A stretch of DNA of 64,000 bases from the human T2T-CHM13v2.0 reference genome, Homo sapiens (GCF_009914755.1 NC_060927.1); one strand, 5' to 3'. Positions 12,544 to 27,315 are shown, numbered from the stretch's first letter. The notes: a model not told the origin generated them from the sequence alone. Made by a program: numbers and translations.

Positions 12544-14009
12544 CTGTAGTTTTTATCTTTAGAAGTCAGGTGTGCATCTTTTAAAAGTATTTGCATGTCT
12601 CCGTATAGTTTTTAAACATATGGAATACAGTTTTCATAACTGTATTAACGCCCTTGCTTGCTAATTCTGACAAGTATTTCAGCTTTGGGTCAGTTCTAAT
12701 TGATCATGATTCTCCTCATCATGGGGCGGGGGGCGTATATTTATATTCCTGGGCTTTGTTCTAGGATACAGTTAAGTTAGAAGCAGTTCAATCCTCTTGG
12801 GTCTTGTTTTTATCATTTGTTAGGTGGGTTTAGAGCAGATCTCAGTCCACAACTTATTATTCCCTACTAACAGGGCAATACCTTTCTGAGTGTTTTACTC
12901 AACACCTCGTGTATTCCGATTTTCCTAATCAGGCTAGTAGGAATAACACTGTTCCCTCTGAGCCTCAGAGAGCTTCCTCAAATGCACATGCTCTGCTGAA
13001 TAGTAAATGGAGCCCTCAGCAGATCTCTGGGGTTATCTCTCCTTGCAGCTCTGCTGTCTCTGGTACTCTGTCCTGTGAACTCTGGCTGCTGTGGCCTCCC
13101 CAGACTCTGCCTCTCAGTGGGGCAAACTGGGGCGAATGTAGAACTCAAATAGTCTCTCTTCTATCTCTATCTCTCAGAGATCACTGTCCTTCACTGCCTG
13201 ATGTCCACTGTTGGAAAAACATTGATTCACGTATTTTGTCTGTTTTGGGGGGTTCTTTCTGGCATGAAGGGGTTTGGTCCCTGTTACTCCATCTTGACAG
13301 GAAGCAGGAGTTCCTTCATTTACTTTTGATCTTCAAAACTGTATGATATTTAAATCCAGGTTTTACAGATTGAGAAACTGGGATTCATGGACATATATTA
13401 CCTTGGTCAAAGCCATATGGGAAATAAAAAGAAGAGGACTCTGGACTCCACAGTTGTCTCCCATATAATAAGGTATGGAGAGGGTTGTTTAGAACAAATA
13501 ACAACAAATATTGATATGGCAACTTAACAACAAGGACTCTTAAGACTTGGCTAGTGGCTTTAACTTTTAAAAACTGTTTTCATGTCCATTTTATCTATTG
13601 TGGGATTTTGTACATGACATAGATTAATGTAGATTAATTTGAAGTTTTAGATTAATGTAAAGATTAATGTAAAGTTTTGATAAATTAGTAGGTAACAAAA
13701 AGTCTGTCATTAAAACTTTTTAAATAGTTAAAGTAATATATCGCTTTGTAAAAATTCAAATAATACAGGCATTATAGAGAATAAAGAGTGAATTTCCCTT
13801 TCACAGTCTAACCTTGGTCTCCTTCCTCATAGGTAACTTCTGTGAAGAGTTTGATATTTATTCTTTAGATACTTATTTTATTCATTCACCAGGCAAATAT
13901 TGACTTGGCACACATGGGCCAGTAACTGTTGCAGTCTGCAAAGACAGAGACGGTCCCTGTTTTGGGGGAGCTTGCCTGCTTGTTACAATACTAATTTGAT
14001 CTTCAATAC

Positions 14010-14545
14010 AGTTGAGTGTGGGCATTGGAATCAAGCCACATGGGCTAAATTCTAGTTCCGCCTCTTTGAAATTGCATGTCCCTGAGAATTTCCTAATCTC
14101 TGTGCCTCAGTTACTTCATCTGTAAAATGGGGATAATAGTATCTATCTCATAGAGTTTTTTGAGAAAGGGTCTCACTCTGCCACCCAGGCTGGAGTGAAG
14201 TGGCTCAATCTTGGCTCACTGCAACCTCTGCCTTCTGGGCTGATGTGATCCTCCCACCTCAGTCTCCCAAGTAGCTGAACTACAGGCGTGCGACACCATG
14301 CCCAGCTAATTTTTGTATTTTTAGTAGAGATGGGGTTTCGCCATGTTGCCCAGGCTGGTCTCGAACTTCTGGGCTCAAGTGATCCACTCACCTCGAACTT
14401 CAAAAGTGCTGGGATTATAGGCGTAAGCCACCATGCCTGGACAGATAGTTCTTAAAAGGATGAAACTGATTTACATGCGAAACACTTAGAACAGTGTCTG
14501 AAGAGTTGCAAATACTCACTAAATGTTAGCTGTTACTATTATTAT
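14010..14545 (+). mobile_element. MIR split by an Alu insertion
   Basis: MIR core ctctgtgcctcagttacttcatctgtaaaatggggataat continues after the Alu (cacttagaacagtgtctg...taaatgttagctgttact). Confidence 0.75.
14156..14442 (-). mobile_element. Alu (AluJ-like)
   Basis: Full dimer, short tail. Confidence 0.93.
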
Positions 14546-15807
14546 ACAGCCTTGCCCATTCTATTATGAGTCATTTCTAACGAATCTATTTTGACAATCA
14601 TGCTTTTAGTTGCCAATAACGCCTTTTTGTTCTCTGATCACTTCTTTTTCCTGTCAGCCTTTCATAATTTATGAATGCAATACTTTTTCAAATCTTTGTA
14701 AAGGTTTTTATTAGAATGTTCTCATTTTACTTTGCTGTTTCCTTGTGGGTCAGTTTTTCATTATGGTGTCTGTCTGTCTCTATTGGGGCTCTTCAAATAT
14801 CTCATGATCCTTGGTGGTTTCTTCACATTTTAGAAACAAGGACTACATGGTTTCTGGTGGTCTACTTGCATTTGGGAAAGAAGGACCAGGTGATGAAAAT
14901 GAGTAGCTTCCAGAGGTTTGCTCTGTCTTTGTCCCATCTCTCTTCTCCTTGCCCTCCCATCTGAATGGGGGCGCTCTGTGTACGTAGACTGCATATAACA
15001 GTCAATGTTTGTATTTAGGGCATATGAGCAAGTGGCAGGCAAATTATCTGCAGGCCTCATGAAGACCCACATCAGAAGAGCCCCCAGGGCACAGATGTAG
15101 CATCTTTCATCCCTGGGTACCATAGCCTTTCCTTGCATCCCCTTCTTATGGCTCATGGAAGTCCAGAATAACTTGGAGATCCCTCATAGTTCCAAAGCTC
15201 CTTCCCTAAGCTCCCACCCCAATTTTCCTCATTTTGGGGAAGTTAATGAACTGCCCAGGTGCTGGCCTGCTCCTGTTTCATTCCTGGCTGGAATGTCCTC
15301 CAATACAGGGAGTGCTCTCATCTCCCAACAGCTGGCTGTATCTAAAGAGGGTTGCAGCTTCTCTGCTCTAGTTCTCTGTCAACTCTTTCCTATTCTGCTT
15401 TCTATGTTACAAAAATTTCTCAAAATTATTTTTTGGTTGGCTGATGGCACTCTTTTATTTTCCAACATTTTTAATAGATGTATGCTTTTCTTTCATGTTT
15501 CCTTTTGTTTAAATATGGTTTTTGAAGAGGCAGAGGCAAGTGGGGTATGCTCAAGTTAGGAAGTCCTACTAGATGGTAATAAGTGTTAGGGATGTCTGAC
15601 CCCCCTTTCCCATATAGTGTCCACTAGGTCAACTCCCAGAGATAGAATGCAGAACTAGACAAATCAGCAGGCCATCCAGCAATACTGGATGAAAGCCAGC
15701 TGGCTACATAGAGAAAGTCGACTGGCTGGGAAGCTTGGGAAGGTCCTCTGGCTTTCTGGGTCTCATTCCCCAACTGTGAAATACTGTGTCTTCAGAAGAT
15801 CTTTTCT

Positions 15808-16234
<427 letters not shown>

Positions 16235-18494
16235 TCAAGACGCAAGCCTATAGTCTGACGTGTCAAGAACTTTTTTTCCCTTCCGTTAATCCTCTTTCAT
16301 GATGGACTTTAGTCTGCCTTTATCTGTTTCCTGGGAGAAAAGTATACATGTGTATGTATTTCCAGTATCTAGTCAGTACTTGGTAGTAGTACATTTTTAA
16401 AAGCTATATTGAGAGACTTCGCTTTTTCCTTTAAAGCATTAATACTCTTGGCCCCCAGCCTTTTGTTTTGTTTGATTTTTATTTCCTGTATCTTTTTTCC
16501 TAAGTAAGACAGAATGGCCACAGCATTTATGAAGGACGTGCTAGGGTGATGTACCAGAAACCAGCAGCAAACCCACACTTTCTGTCATGTGAACACTCAT
16601 GATCCAAAGGAGAACACAGTTCATTTTAAAAAACAAAATAAACAACTCAAAAATTCCCTTGCAGGCTGAAGTTCTGTTATTAAATCACTCTATGTAAAGA
16701 TACATTAAATTTTTTAAAAGGCGGGGGGGAAACGCCATAAAAATATGCTACAGAGACACTTCAAGAATAGATTCTTTGTTAATGGGCTTCTACTTATGCT
16801 TAGATTCTCTTATTAATTTTGATCTAGCTGCTTACACACAGTTTTAATTCATTCAGTCATTTCACAGACCAGTGGTTTCATGGTTCAATTTGTTTCAGGC
16901 AAAATGAACTATTATGAAATATCCCAAAGTATTTTCAAGTTGGAAAAATTAATGAATTAAAATCGGGACAATTCTACATGATTGCTTCTTTTGTTATAAT
17001 TATAGAATGGAGCACTTTCCATATTTAAATATGTTCTGTGATAGGATAATAGGTGTAATAAATAAGATAAATATAAATATCTTCCCATATCTGCTCACTT
17101 TCCCCTGGCATTCTTTGGAGCATCCAAAAGCCATCACATTTTTAGATCCATGTTTAACTGATGTTTACTCTGTGGTCAATTATATGTCGGGCTCAGGCAC
17201 ATGCTATCTTCCTTCCTCTGTAGTCACTCAAGGGAGTGGGTGTCACCCTCTGCATTTTCCTGATGATGTGGTACAGCTCTGAGGGTCCCATGCCCAGGTT
17301 ATAAGGAGGTGCTTTAGGCACAGTCCGGCTTGGGCACAGAGTCTGTAACATCCCCAGTGGGCTCTTCCTTCAATCCAGAGGCTGACAAACCTCGGTGACA
17401 ACAGCTGGCCTCTGGCATGCCTGCTCACTCACTAGTTTTCCTCAAACCAAATGCACAAACACAAACAAAAAATGTAATTATCATAAATCCATAAAGTATT
17501 ACTCTTCCCATTAAAAATCAGAAAAAATTTATGAAGACTTGAAGTTGGAAAGAATGACACCCTCAGCCCCTGCGCATGAGCTCCTTTAAGAAGTGGACAT
17601 GGCTAACAGAGCTCGCTCCACATCACAGCCCCTCTGGGTCTCATCTTCTGCCCTCACCCTCAGACAGGACCACTTGCCTAGATGTGGTATTTATCATTCC
17701 CATGTTTCTTTCCCCTACATGTATTATGCCTAAATGATACATAATATTACTTTGCATATTTTAAAACATTATGTTCATTGTAGAGTTGCCTGCCCAGGGC
17801 TCCAGGGTGATCTGGCCACAGACACGATGGAGTGCTGATTCCCATGTCCTTGTGGGTTACTTCCCCAGCAGCCCTTACCCCTGTGTGCTGTAGAAATTCT
17901 ATCACCTGGCTACAGGCTGAAGGAATCCTGGTCTTTTCCCAGGTCATCCCTTCTTCTGTGCCCTTGGTCCTGAGAGGTACCACACTGGCTCTTTTCAAAA
18001 TGGCACCCTGCCCCACCAGCGACCCTTAGCCAGCCCAAGCTCAGGATATGTGACTATATTTACATGCTTTCCCTTCAAGCTGATTTTTAAAAACATGCCT
18101 TAGTGTCCCTATTAAAAACAACTGAACAGTAGACCACTGAAGTGGGCAGTAAATGCCCTACAACAAATAAACAGATTACCAAGACCGTACCATGGTCTGT
18201 TAAGGATTTCAGCTCTGCTTCAGGCAAAATATAGGAACATTTTGCCAGGAAGCATCATGCTGTGGCTGGTATTTATTTCGTCTTAAGGCAAAATGATGTT
18301 TGCTACCCCATCCCAGAAGCAAACACACTTTGCTCTGCCCTCCCACAGCAGGGCCTCTGAGCCTCAAATGCATCCTTCTCAGTGCTCAAGTCAGCTGTTA
18401 GATTATTTTTTCTTCCATTTGCTGTTCCAACCCTGAACACTGGACCTCACAAATAATGAGTGCTCAATGCAGGTAGAATCCTACACAGGATACA

Positions 18495-18610
18495 GCCACA
18501 GTTCCCAAACTATGCCCAGAGGCACCCCTGGGAACTGCAGCAAACTCACAGAGGTGCCACAGATATTTTAAATATTTGAGAAAAACACAGCAAAACTTGA
18601 CATCTGTCAG
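18495..18610 (+). mobile_element. hAT-Charlie-like DNA transposon end
   Basis: cagttcccaaact...gcaaactcacagaggtgccac resembles a Charlie terminus; subfamily uncertain. Confidence 0.45.
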
Positions 18611-19159
18611 AGAGAAACAGAACCCATAATTAGCCTTTCTCCTTCCTCCACACTGGAAGCTTTTGGTCTAATACCTAGTGAAGTGAAACTTACTGAGGGA
18701 AAATGGTTTGGACAGGAGGAACAAGAGAAAGATCATCTGGGCACATGAGGAGCTGGGGGGCTGGGCTGGGCCCATGTGGGTCCAACAGCAAGAGCTCAGG
18801 GCAGCAGGAGAAGGGCCGGCTACTCCAAGTCTATGGGAAAGAGAAAGGCAAATGTGGCCTATCACCAAATAGGGCTGGAAGCAGGGGAAAGCTGTGGAGC
18901 TGATGGATAGGATAACCCTGTGCCCCAGAAGATGGGAAGAAGCATTTTCCTGTACTTCACACCCTGACCTTATTCCAAATTCAAGACAAATGGAATAGTA
19001 ATATTTTAGATTAGCCACACTTTATTTTAAATAGGCTTGGTCAGCTTACCTATAAGCTTAACTATAAATATCACCCGATTCCTACTGGAACATGTAATTT
19101 TCATTCCAAATAAATGATTTATAACAGAATCTTTCAACTTAATAAACATTCAGAGTACC

Positions 19160-19912
19160 TGTGGTGGACACACCCTAGGGTAAGTCCTAGGCCCTGCTCC
19201 CCCCACTACACAATGATTCCCATATCCTGGTAACCATACCTTGTATAACACCCTCCCCTCCTGGAGTATAAGCAGGGGCTGGGACTTGCTTCTCATCAAC
19301 AGCATGTAGAAAAGAGGATGGTCACTCCCACAGTAGGTTATGTTATATGACAAGGGTGAAGAGATGTTTTCAGATGTAATTAAGGTCCCTATTCAGCTGA
19401 CTTTAAGTTAACCAAAAAGGAGATTATCCATAGTGGGCCAGACTTAGTAAGTGAGCAGCCATTTAAAAGAGGGCCTCAGCTGTCCCTGAGGCCAGAGACT
19501 CTGAGCAGAGAGACTCTTTATAGGTGGCTTTGTATAAGTAAGTGTCATGCTGCGAGAGGACCTATGGAGAGGGATACATGGCAAGAAACTGCAGGTGGCC
19601 TCCAGGAGCTAAGGGAAGCCTCTGGATAATAACCAGCAAGAAAATGCCGAACACAGCCTTAAGGCCACAAGGAGATGAATTCCACTAACATCCTCAGAGA
19701 GCTTAAGGCAGAACTTTCTGCAGTTCAGCCTCTGATAAGACCAAAGCCCCAGCTGACATCTTAGATTGCAGCCTACTAAGACCCTGAGCAGGGGACCCAG
19801 TTAAGCTGTGTTGGAACTCTGGATCCACAGAAACTGCGAAATAACAAATGTGGACTGTTTTAACCCATCATATTTGTGGTAATTTGTTACAGAGCAACAG
19901 AAATCTAATACA
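19160..19912 (+). mobile_element. MLT1E-like solo LTR (ERVL-MaLR)
   Basis: TG...CA ends; cagatgtaattaaggtccc and tttgtggtaatttgttacagagcaacagaaatctaataca MLT1 motifs. Confidence 0.85.
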
Positions 19913-19914
19913 GT

Positions 19915-20243
19915 GGCCAAGTATGATGGCTCATCCCTGTAATCCCAGCATTTTACAAGGCTGAGGTGGGAGAATAGCTTGAGCCCAGGAGTTTGAGACC
20001 AGTCTAGGCAACATAAAGAGACTCCATCTCTACAAAAAATAAAAAAAAATTAGCTGGGCATGGTGGTGTGCACCTGTGGTCTCAGGTACTCAGGAGGCTG
20101 AGATGGAAGATCATTTGAGCCCAGGAAGTTGAGGCTGCAATGAGCCACTGCATTCCATTCCATCCTGGGTGACAGAGCAAGAACCTGTCTCAAAAAAAAA
20201 AAAAAAAAACCACCAAAAAACAGAAAGGAAAAGAAAAAAAAAG
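19915..20243 (+). mobile_element. AluJ with long A-rich tail, inserted at the LTR end
   Basis: Full dimer; degenerate TSD aaa(t/a)ctaata(c/t)agt. Confidence 0.93.
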
Positions 20244-20800
20244 CAAAACTAATATAGTGTCAAGCTAGAAACTCTTTATGCTACATTCTTGATGTATACA
20301 TGAAACATGATGAATACATGAAATAGTTGAGCAGAAATTAGTTACAAAACTTTTTACAGTTTGAAGTAAACACAAATTTAGAAAATGTTTAAGATCTGCA
20401 CCGTAATTTTCATTGGCAAGTTGATCTAACATGTCCTTTTAATCTTAAACAAATCCAAATTCCTGTGTGTTGCCTAGCTTTTCTGGCAAATTATTCCTAG
20501 TTCTGCAGGATTTTGGTGACTTTTAAGAAATGCTACCCTTTGATAAACTGTAAACACCTGAGTCCCAAGCAATCCCATCTGGAGGAATTCTGGGGCAAGA
20601 GGGTGTTACATCTTAATTAGAGGAAGGACCCATGGATTCCTAAAGCAGTCCACGGGGAGGAGGGCAGAAGTGATGTGAGAATGGCCACTTGGGCCAGAAG
20701 TCCCACTGACCATCCATGAACTCACTGTGTTGTGACTCTGAAGACTCAAAGCTTTCTGTTAATTTATGAGAAACTGGCAAATTATTCAACTGTAGTTTTT

Positions 20801-21087
20801 TCCTTTTCTTCTTTCTTGAGACAGGGTCTCACTCCATCACCCAGGCTGGAGTGCAGTGGTGTGATCTCAGCTCACTGCAGCCATGCTTTCCCAGGCTCAA
20901 GCGATCCTCCCACCTCAGCTGAGACTAAAGGAGTGCACTATCACGCCCGGTTAATTTTTGTATTTTTTGTAGAGACGAGGTCTCACCATGTTGCCCAGGC
21001 TACTCTTGAACTCCTGGGCTCAAGTGATCTACCCACCTCAGTCTCCCAAAGTGCTGGGATTACAGGCGTGAGCCACTGCACCCAGCC
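20801..21087 (-). mobile_element. AluJ
   Basis: Dimer with a small internal deletion; TSD tgtagtttttt. Confidence 0.93.
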
Positions 21088-22145
21088 TGTAGTTTTTTTC
21101 AAATAGCTAAAATTTCAACCTAAAATATATACTTATCATTGCCTAATTATTGACAAATGAATCTCATATTGCTAGATCTTTGTCTGCTCCTTTGCCAAAA
21201 GTAATTACCTACTTCTTTGAACCTGAAAAGAAAAACAATTTTCCTTTAATTTACTCCAAGTTGCATAGTAGTTAAGGTGAAATAATTATTTTAACCATTC
21301 TTGAAAGTATACTGTGAAAAGGAAGGGGAAAAAAAGGAAAGAAATCATCACCCCAGAGCTGGGCCCTATCAGTATGAAAGCAGGCTAACCACAGACCGCT
21401 ACTGTGATGGACATAGACATGTCCACAATTCACAGTTCTAGAATGGAAGCTCCCAGGGCAGTGGGAAGAATCCCATCTGCATGGCAACCACTCCGTGCCA
21501 TCTTCCAGCACCTCGGGAACAGGCCTCCAGGATGACGCCAGCCTCCACTCCTGTGGGGCTGTATCTTGAGCAGACTGTACATCATCCATGCTGAGTCAGA
21601 GCCTTCACAGCAGTCAAGGGAAATATCAAAAGCACAGGACGTGCAACTGTTCTCACTCACCACATTCAGCTCATTTACAAAACATCGAGCTATAAATATC
21701 ATGACGACATTTTTTAGAGGCGCATTTTCAAGTGTTGTGAGCCAATACTGAAATAGGGGCAAAAAATAAGCCATCATCACCTATTTACTGATTCTAATTT
21801 TGAAACAACAGTCACATTCTTATTCTGCTAAAGTATGAGCACATGGAGAACTGCCTTCTGTACGCATATGACTGACAGAAACACCAGTTATGAATGGCTT
21901 ACATGACGAATCACATGCCACCGATTCATGACAAAGCATGCAGAACTCACCATAAAGCAAACTGCTGCTTTCTACCCTAGTTACCCACAAAGCTGGACTG
22001 TTTCCTTTTAGAAAGTTAAAATTAGTTCACAACTCCATAGCAAAAAAGATGCCATGAACACTATGTTCCATTTACGACATTCTAAATTCCCTCTCCATCT
22101 TTGGAAATGGGCATTTTTACACAACAGTGCCAGTTGATCATATGA

Positions 22146-22516
<371 letters not shown>

Positions 22517-23039
22517 TGCAATGGAGATACTTTAGAGATCACCTGGTCCACCTTGTCCATTTAATGATGAGAATACCAAATCAAAAGTTACCAGACTTGC
22601 CCAAGCTTGCATGGCTTTTCTGTGCCAGCGCGCAGACTGGAATTCAGACCACAGATTCATGAACTCTCTGAATGCTAGTTAAACTCCCTTGACTTAAAGA
22701 GACTGCCAAATTGATCGCAGGTGCACTAACCCCAAATATGTTTCTCTCCCTAACCTGCACTTCTCTGACTCCCAGGGACAGGCAAGGCCTATCCCTTAGA
22801 ATCTTTCCCTGGGATAACAGGGCTGCCTCAAGCAGCAGTGCATGTACCACCTTCCTTGGAAGTATAGATGCAAATATGGGATCACCAGGTCAAGGAGAAT
22901 GATGTCACTTTTTAGTGCACACCCACCACAAGCTCGGTAACTAAGAGAACACAGAGAAGAAACGCTCTGGTTGTGGCCCAGAGATTACAATGGAGCATGA
23001 CAAATGCCAACAAAGGACAGCCTCACCATGGTGGTGATC

Positions 23040-23425
23040 CATGAGGTGAGTCTTTAAAAGGAGGAGAAATTGTCCAGGAGGAAAAGTGGACAACAGGGAA
23101 CCAGCAGGGTGAAGAGAATGTGCAAAGGCAAAAGAACACAGGGTGTTCTAGGAACAGGGTACAGTCCAGTGGCCAGAGCCCACGTGGGGCTTTGCAGGGG
23201 GATGAGGCTGCAAGCACAGCCACATGGAGGGGCTGGGGTTTCTCTTGAGTCATGCAGAGCTGCTAAAAAATTTTGAGCAGGACCATAACATTGAGTCATA
23301 TTTGTATTTGGGATAGCAAGCTGTGGCAGCAAAAGGAAAACTGGAGTGGAGAGAAGAGAGAATGGAGGTAGGGAGATCAGTCAGAGGGTTGTGGTAGGAG
23401 TCCAGGGAGGAAAGGATGAGAGTGC
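23040..23425 (-). mobile_element. L2 fragment
   Basis: Purine-rich antisense L2 motifs (atgtgcaaaggc; gggagatcagtcagagggttgtgg). Confidence 0.55.
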
Positions 23426-24061
23426 ATCAACATACTCCTAAGAAAGCCTCATTCAAAAAATACTGGTAGTCTAGATATCATGTGGAGTCTTAAGTTAGGT
23501 ATCTGAATTCTTAACCCTGACAAAGAAAATCTAAAACTACAGCTTGTTACCATAATTAGCAGTTCTTGGTCATAGAGAGTTCTCAAATGATGTAAAAGAA
23601 GAATTTCAAATCTTTTAAAAGCAGATTAAAATATTAATTAATCTTAGAGATTTAAGTTTCATTATTCGTCCTTAAGATAATTTCTGAAATTTTTAAAGTA
23701 CCAAATGAAAATAAGGACATAAGGGAAACCAGCAGCATATATTGTGATTTTGAAAATGGGTTTTTCAACTTAGAGCTTGCTCTTATATTTCACTTCCCGA
23801 CCTGCTCCTTTCATACTGCCTTACATTTTACTTACTGCCCAAAGTACACAAAAGGTGCATAAAGATTGTCTGATGACTGAAGAAGCCAAACCTGCGATCT
23901 GAAACCTGGGAGGCCTCAGTGTTCTCTGACTTCATCGAAGAGACTGCAGTGGATGCCCTGCACTGAGCTCCGGATAGGATCACTCTCCTGCCAGCTTTTT
24001 ACTTTTACTTTCTGGCTGGTGATTCGAGGATAGAACACTACAGTGTAAAAGTGTTTACCTT

Positions 24062-24362
<301 letters not shown>

Positions 24363-24579
24363 CTAGGTATTTTCTGACTAGTCATGACATCTGTGCAACA
24401 CCAATATTTTCCTGCTTTCAGGGTACCTTAACCATGAACAGTACCTAAAGTTAATTTAAACACACACATTATCACTACCACTACTACCTCCACTGCCTAA
24501 TCAAAAATCCAGCATTCATGGAGCAGAAATGAAAATGAAGGAATCTATGAAGCTGTGCCGTTAGGAAATAAAAGGAAGT

Positions 24580-24890
24580 GTCTGGGCACATGGGCTCATG
24601 CCTGTAATTCCAGCACTTTGGGAGGCCGAGGCGGGTGGATCACTTGAGTCCAGGTGTTCAAGATCAGCCTGGGCAACACGGCAAAACCCAGTCTCTAGAA
24701 AATATAGAAAAATTAGTCGGGCATGGCATGCATCTTTGGTCCCAGCTACTTGTGGGGTGAGGTGCTAGGATCGCTTGAGCCTGGGAAGCAGAGTTTGCAG
24801 TGAGCCAAGACTGCCCCACTGTACTCCAGCCTGGGTGACAGAACGACCCTGTTTCAATAAAAATAAGAAAAGAAAAAGAAACAAGAAACA
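24580..24890 (+). mobile_element. Alu (AluJ-like)
   Basis: Full dimer with mixed A-rich tail; TSD core aaaaggaag. Confidence 0.93.
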
Positions 24891-25557
24891 AAAGGAAGCA
24901 CTATTCTTACTCCTCTGTAGCCAAGTCTATGTCTTTCAGAACCTTGTTTATCCAGATATAAAATACAGTTCATGTTACTTACAGCTAATTACCGCAAAGA
25001 ACTGGAATGAATTTTTACCAGTTACTTTTAATAATAACAACAAAAGAACAACTATAACCAATGATAAGCATATGCATATTCCATGACTAAACTGCAATCA
25101 ACCCATCTGGGGTTAATGTTGTGTTAACAAAATATAGTGTAAAGAAAAGGACCATCAAAGCTAAGGGTCTACGCAAGCGTTTTAAGGGGATTTAACTTTT
25201 TCTGACTTTTTATATTACATTTGAATATTGTTCTTTCTTTTTTCAGCAGTATTATTCCTGAAGACCCAAACTTTAAGAAAATTGTAAGGAGGATGTAGTG
25301 ATTTGAGTCCTTCATTTGTGTTAAATGAGAAGTTGGGACTGTTTCTTCCCACTGAAATGGGATATCATGCCAATCGCTTTGGAAAATGAACGATAAAACG
25401 TATTACATTTTGTGAGATTACCTTTTTCTTCCCTTACGAAATCTTCCGTATTTAACATAAGATGACAGAAAGGTAAAACAAGAGAACAAGGATTTTGTAC
25501 AAGTTTTGTTTAACTGTATTTTACTAAGAAGTTGTTGCAAAGATTTTCTCTATGTGA

Positions 25558-25732
25558 TTTTATTTATTTTATTTATTTTTTAGAGACAGAGTCTCTCTGT
25601 CTCACCCAGGCTGGAGTACAGTGGTACAATTATAGCTCACGGCATCCTTGAATTCCCGGGCTTAAGAGATCCTCTTGCTTCAGCCTCCTCCCAAGTAGCT
25701 GGGACTATAGGTACGCCCTACCACACCTGGCT
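25558..25732 (-). mobile_element. Alu monomer (FRAM or truncated AluJ)
   Basis: Single arm; TSD tctatgtgatttta. Confidence 0.88.
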
Positions 25733-26524
25733 TCTATGTGATTTTAAATGTCCTATTACTGCCATTTAAAGAGTTTGTTTTAAAATATTATATTGGTCTT
25801 ACTGGCCCTGTATCTGATTCTGCAAGGCAATACTATTTGAATTTAATTATCTAGATTGCAATGGAACCTTTTATGACTACAAAATTATGAGTTTTCTGTG
25901 TTTATATTTTCTTAAACAATAAGACATTCCAAGTCTGCAGCATAATAAACTATTTTGATGTGCTCTTAAAAACCATGAGAACACACGGATATACCTTTTC
26001 AACCAGGGTGCAATTTATGTAACTAGCAAGAAGTTAACATTACCAAGTCCATTCCAACTTACTCAGCCTCAGGGTATGTAACTGAACACTCAGAAAATCC
26101 ATGCTAGCTCAAGGCATTTAGTTGCATGAGAAAATACACTTTGAATACAGTGCAGTATTTATGAATAAGATTTTCTGTGAATGTTTTCAGATGGAGAATA
26201 TGATTCTAAGTGGTCTGAAGTATAACTTTTCTCTGATAATTCCTGAATAAACGACTGCAGTTCTGGTAACATGGCAAGCAGAAGATAGCACCTCCCTCAC
26301 GGGCTTACCTATAAGAAAAGTTCCGTAATAGCAGAATGATAAGGTCCTTCCGCAAATCTCTGGTATGTGTACACTTTTTTTGTGCATTGAAAACCAAATT
26401 ATTACCTCCATAATTATGTCTACAGCCTTAGGCATTATGTGTTTTGATTTGCTAGTATACATAAATGTAGTGACACTGTGAGGAACTGGTCATGGAAAAT
26501 GGGACATGCACAAATACAGTATGA

Positions 26525-27011
26525 TTAAAGAAGTTAATCAAGAATTTATTGGAAGCTACACTAAGAATCAGAGCAAGGCACAACCCACTCTGATATCATA
26601 CTTAATATCATCTTTATGGTCCATAATTTTCCTGTAAGAGAAACTTGCCTCCCCATTTTCTTTACAGCCCTTCAAAAGCAGATCATCTGATTTTGACAAC
26701 TATTTTGCAGCTGAGGGCTAATTACTCTTTGAGAGACATAACGTAAATGGGTACTCAATAGAAGCAGATGAAGTGAGATTTAATCCTTCAGAAGCCCAAG
26801 AGAATATTAGGAGAGTGGAGCTCAATTCTGAATAGACACTATATTTTTCTTTGGTTCTTTGTCCTTTAATCAAATCAATGGAAATGAAGCTGAAGTGCCT
26901 CTCAGAGCAGGGCTGGCAGGAGTCCTTCCACAGGGCTCCATGGTGCTGCTTCTCTCTCTGGAATGATGCCATTGTCATGGTGCTTACAACAATGGAAAAC
27001 TCATACTTTAG
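26525..27011 (-). other. Candidate alternative terminal exon of ANO10 (97-codon in-frame ORF, AATAAA)
   Basis: Acceptor ccatctgcttttttgtag|CTA at 27011; phase-0 ORF open to TAG at 26718; AATAAA at 26545-26550 (minus) followed by a GU/U-rich stretch. 3' end approximate; no transcript evidence. Confidence 0.4.
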
Positions 27012-27315
27012 CTACAAAAAAGCAGATGGTTTCAAGTCCAATGTAGGGCCATCTAAAAATGCCTCAGTCTGTATTTTGGGGCTCAGGAACAACTGCATTT
27101 TGGAGCTACTGTTTTGCAGAGAAATTAGTTTCAGGCGGAATAGCTGTGTGCTAACCAACCATTTCTTTCTGAGACTGTCACTGTGTTAGGATGTAATTAA
27201 CTCACAAAGACTTAGTTTTTTTCCTCTCTCTACAGTTAAGCTGTTTGATTTGAGCTCCCTGTGCCTGTGGATAGGATAGGGCCTAAGTATCACAAAGGAG
27301 AAGTTAAAAAAAACA

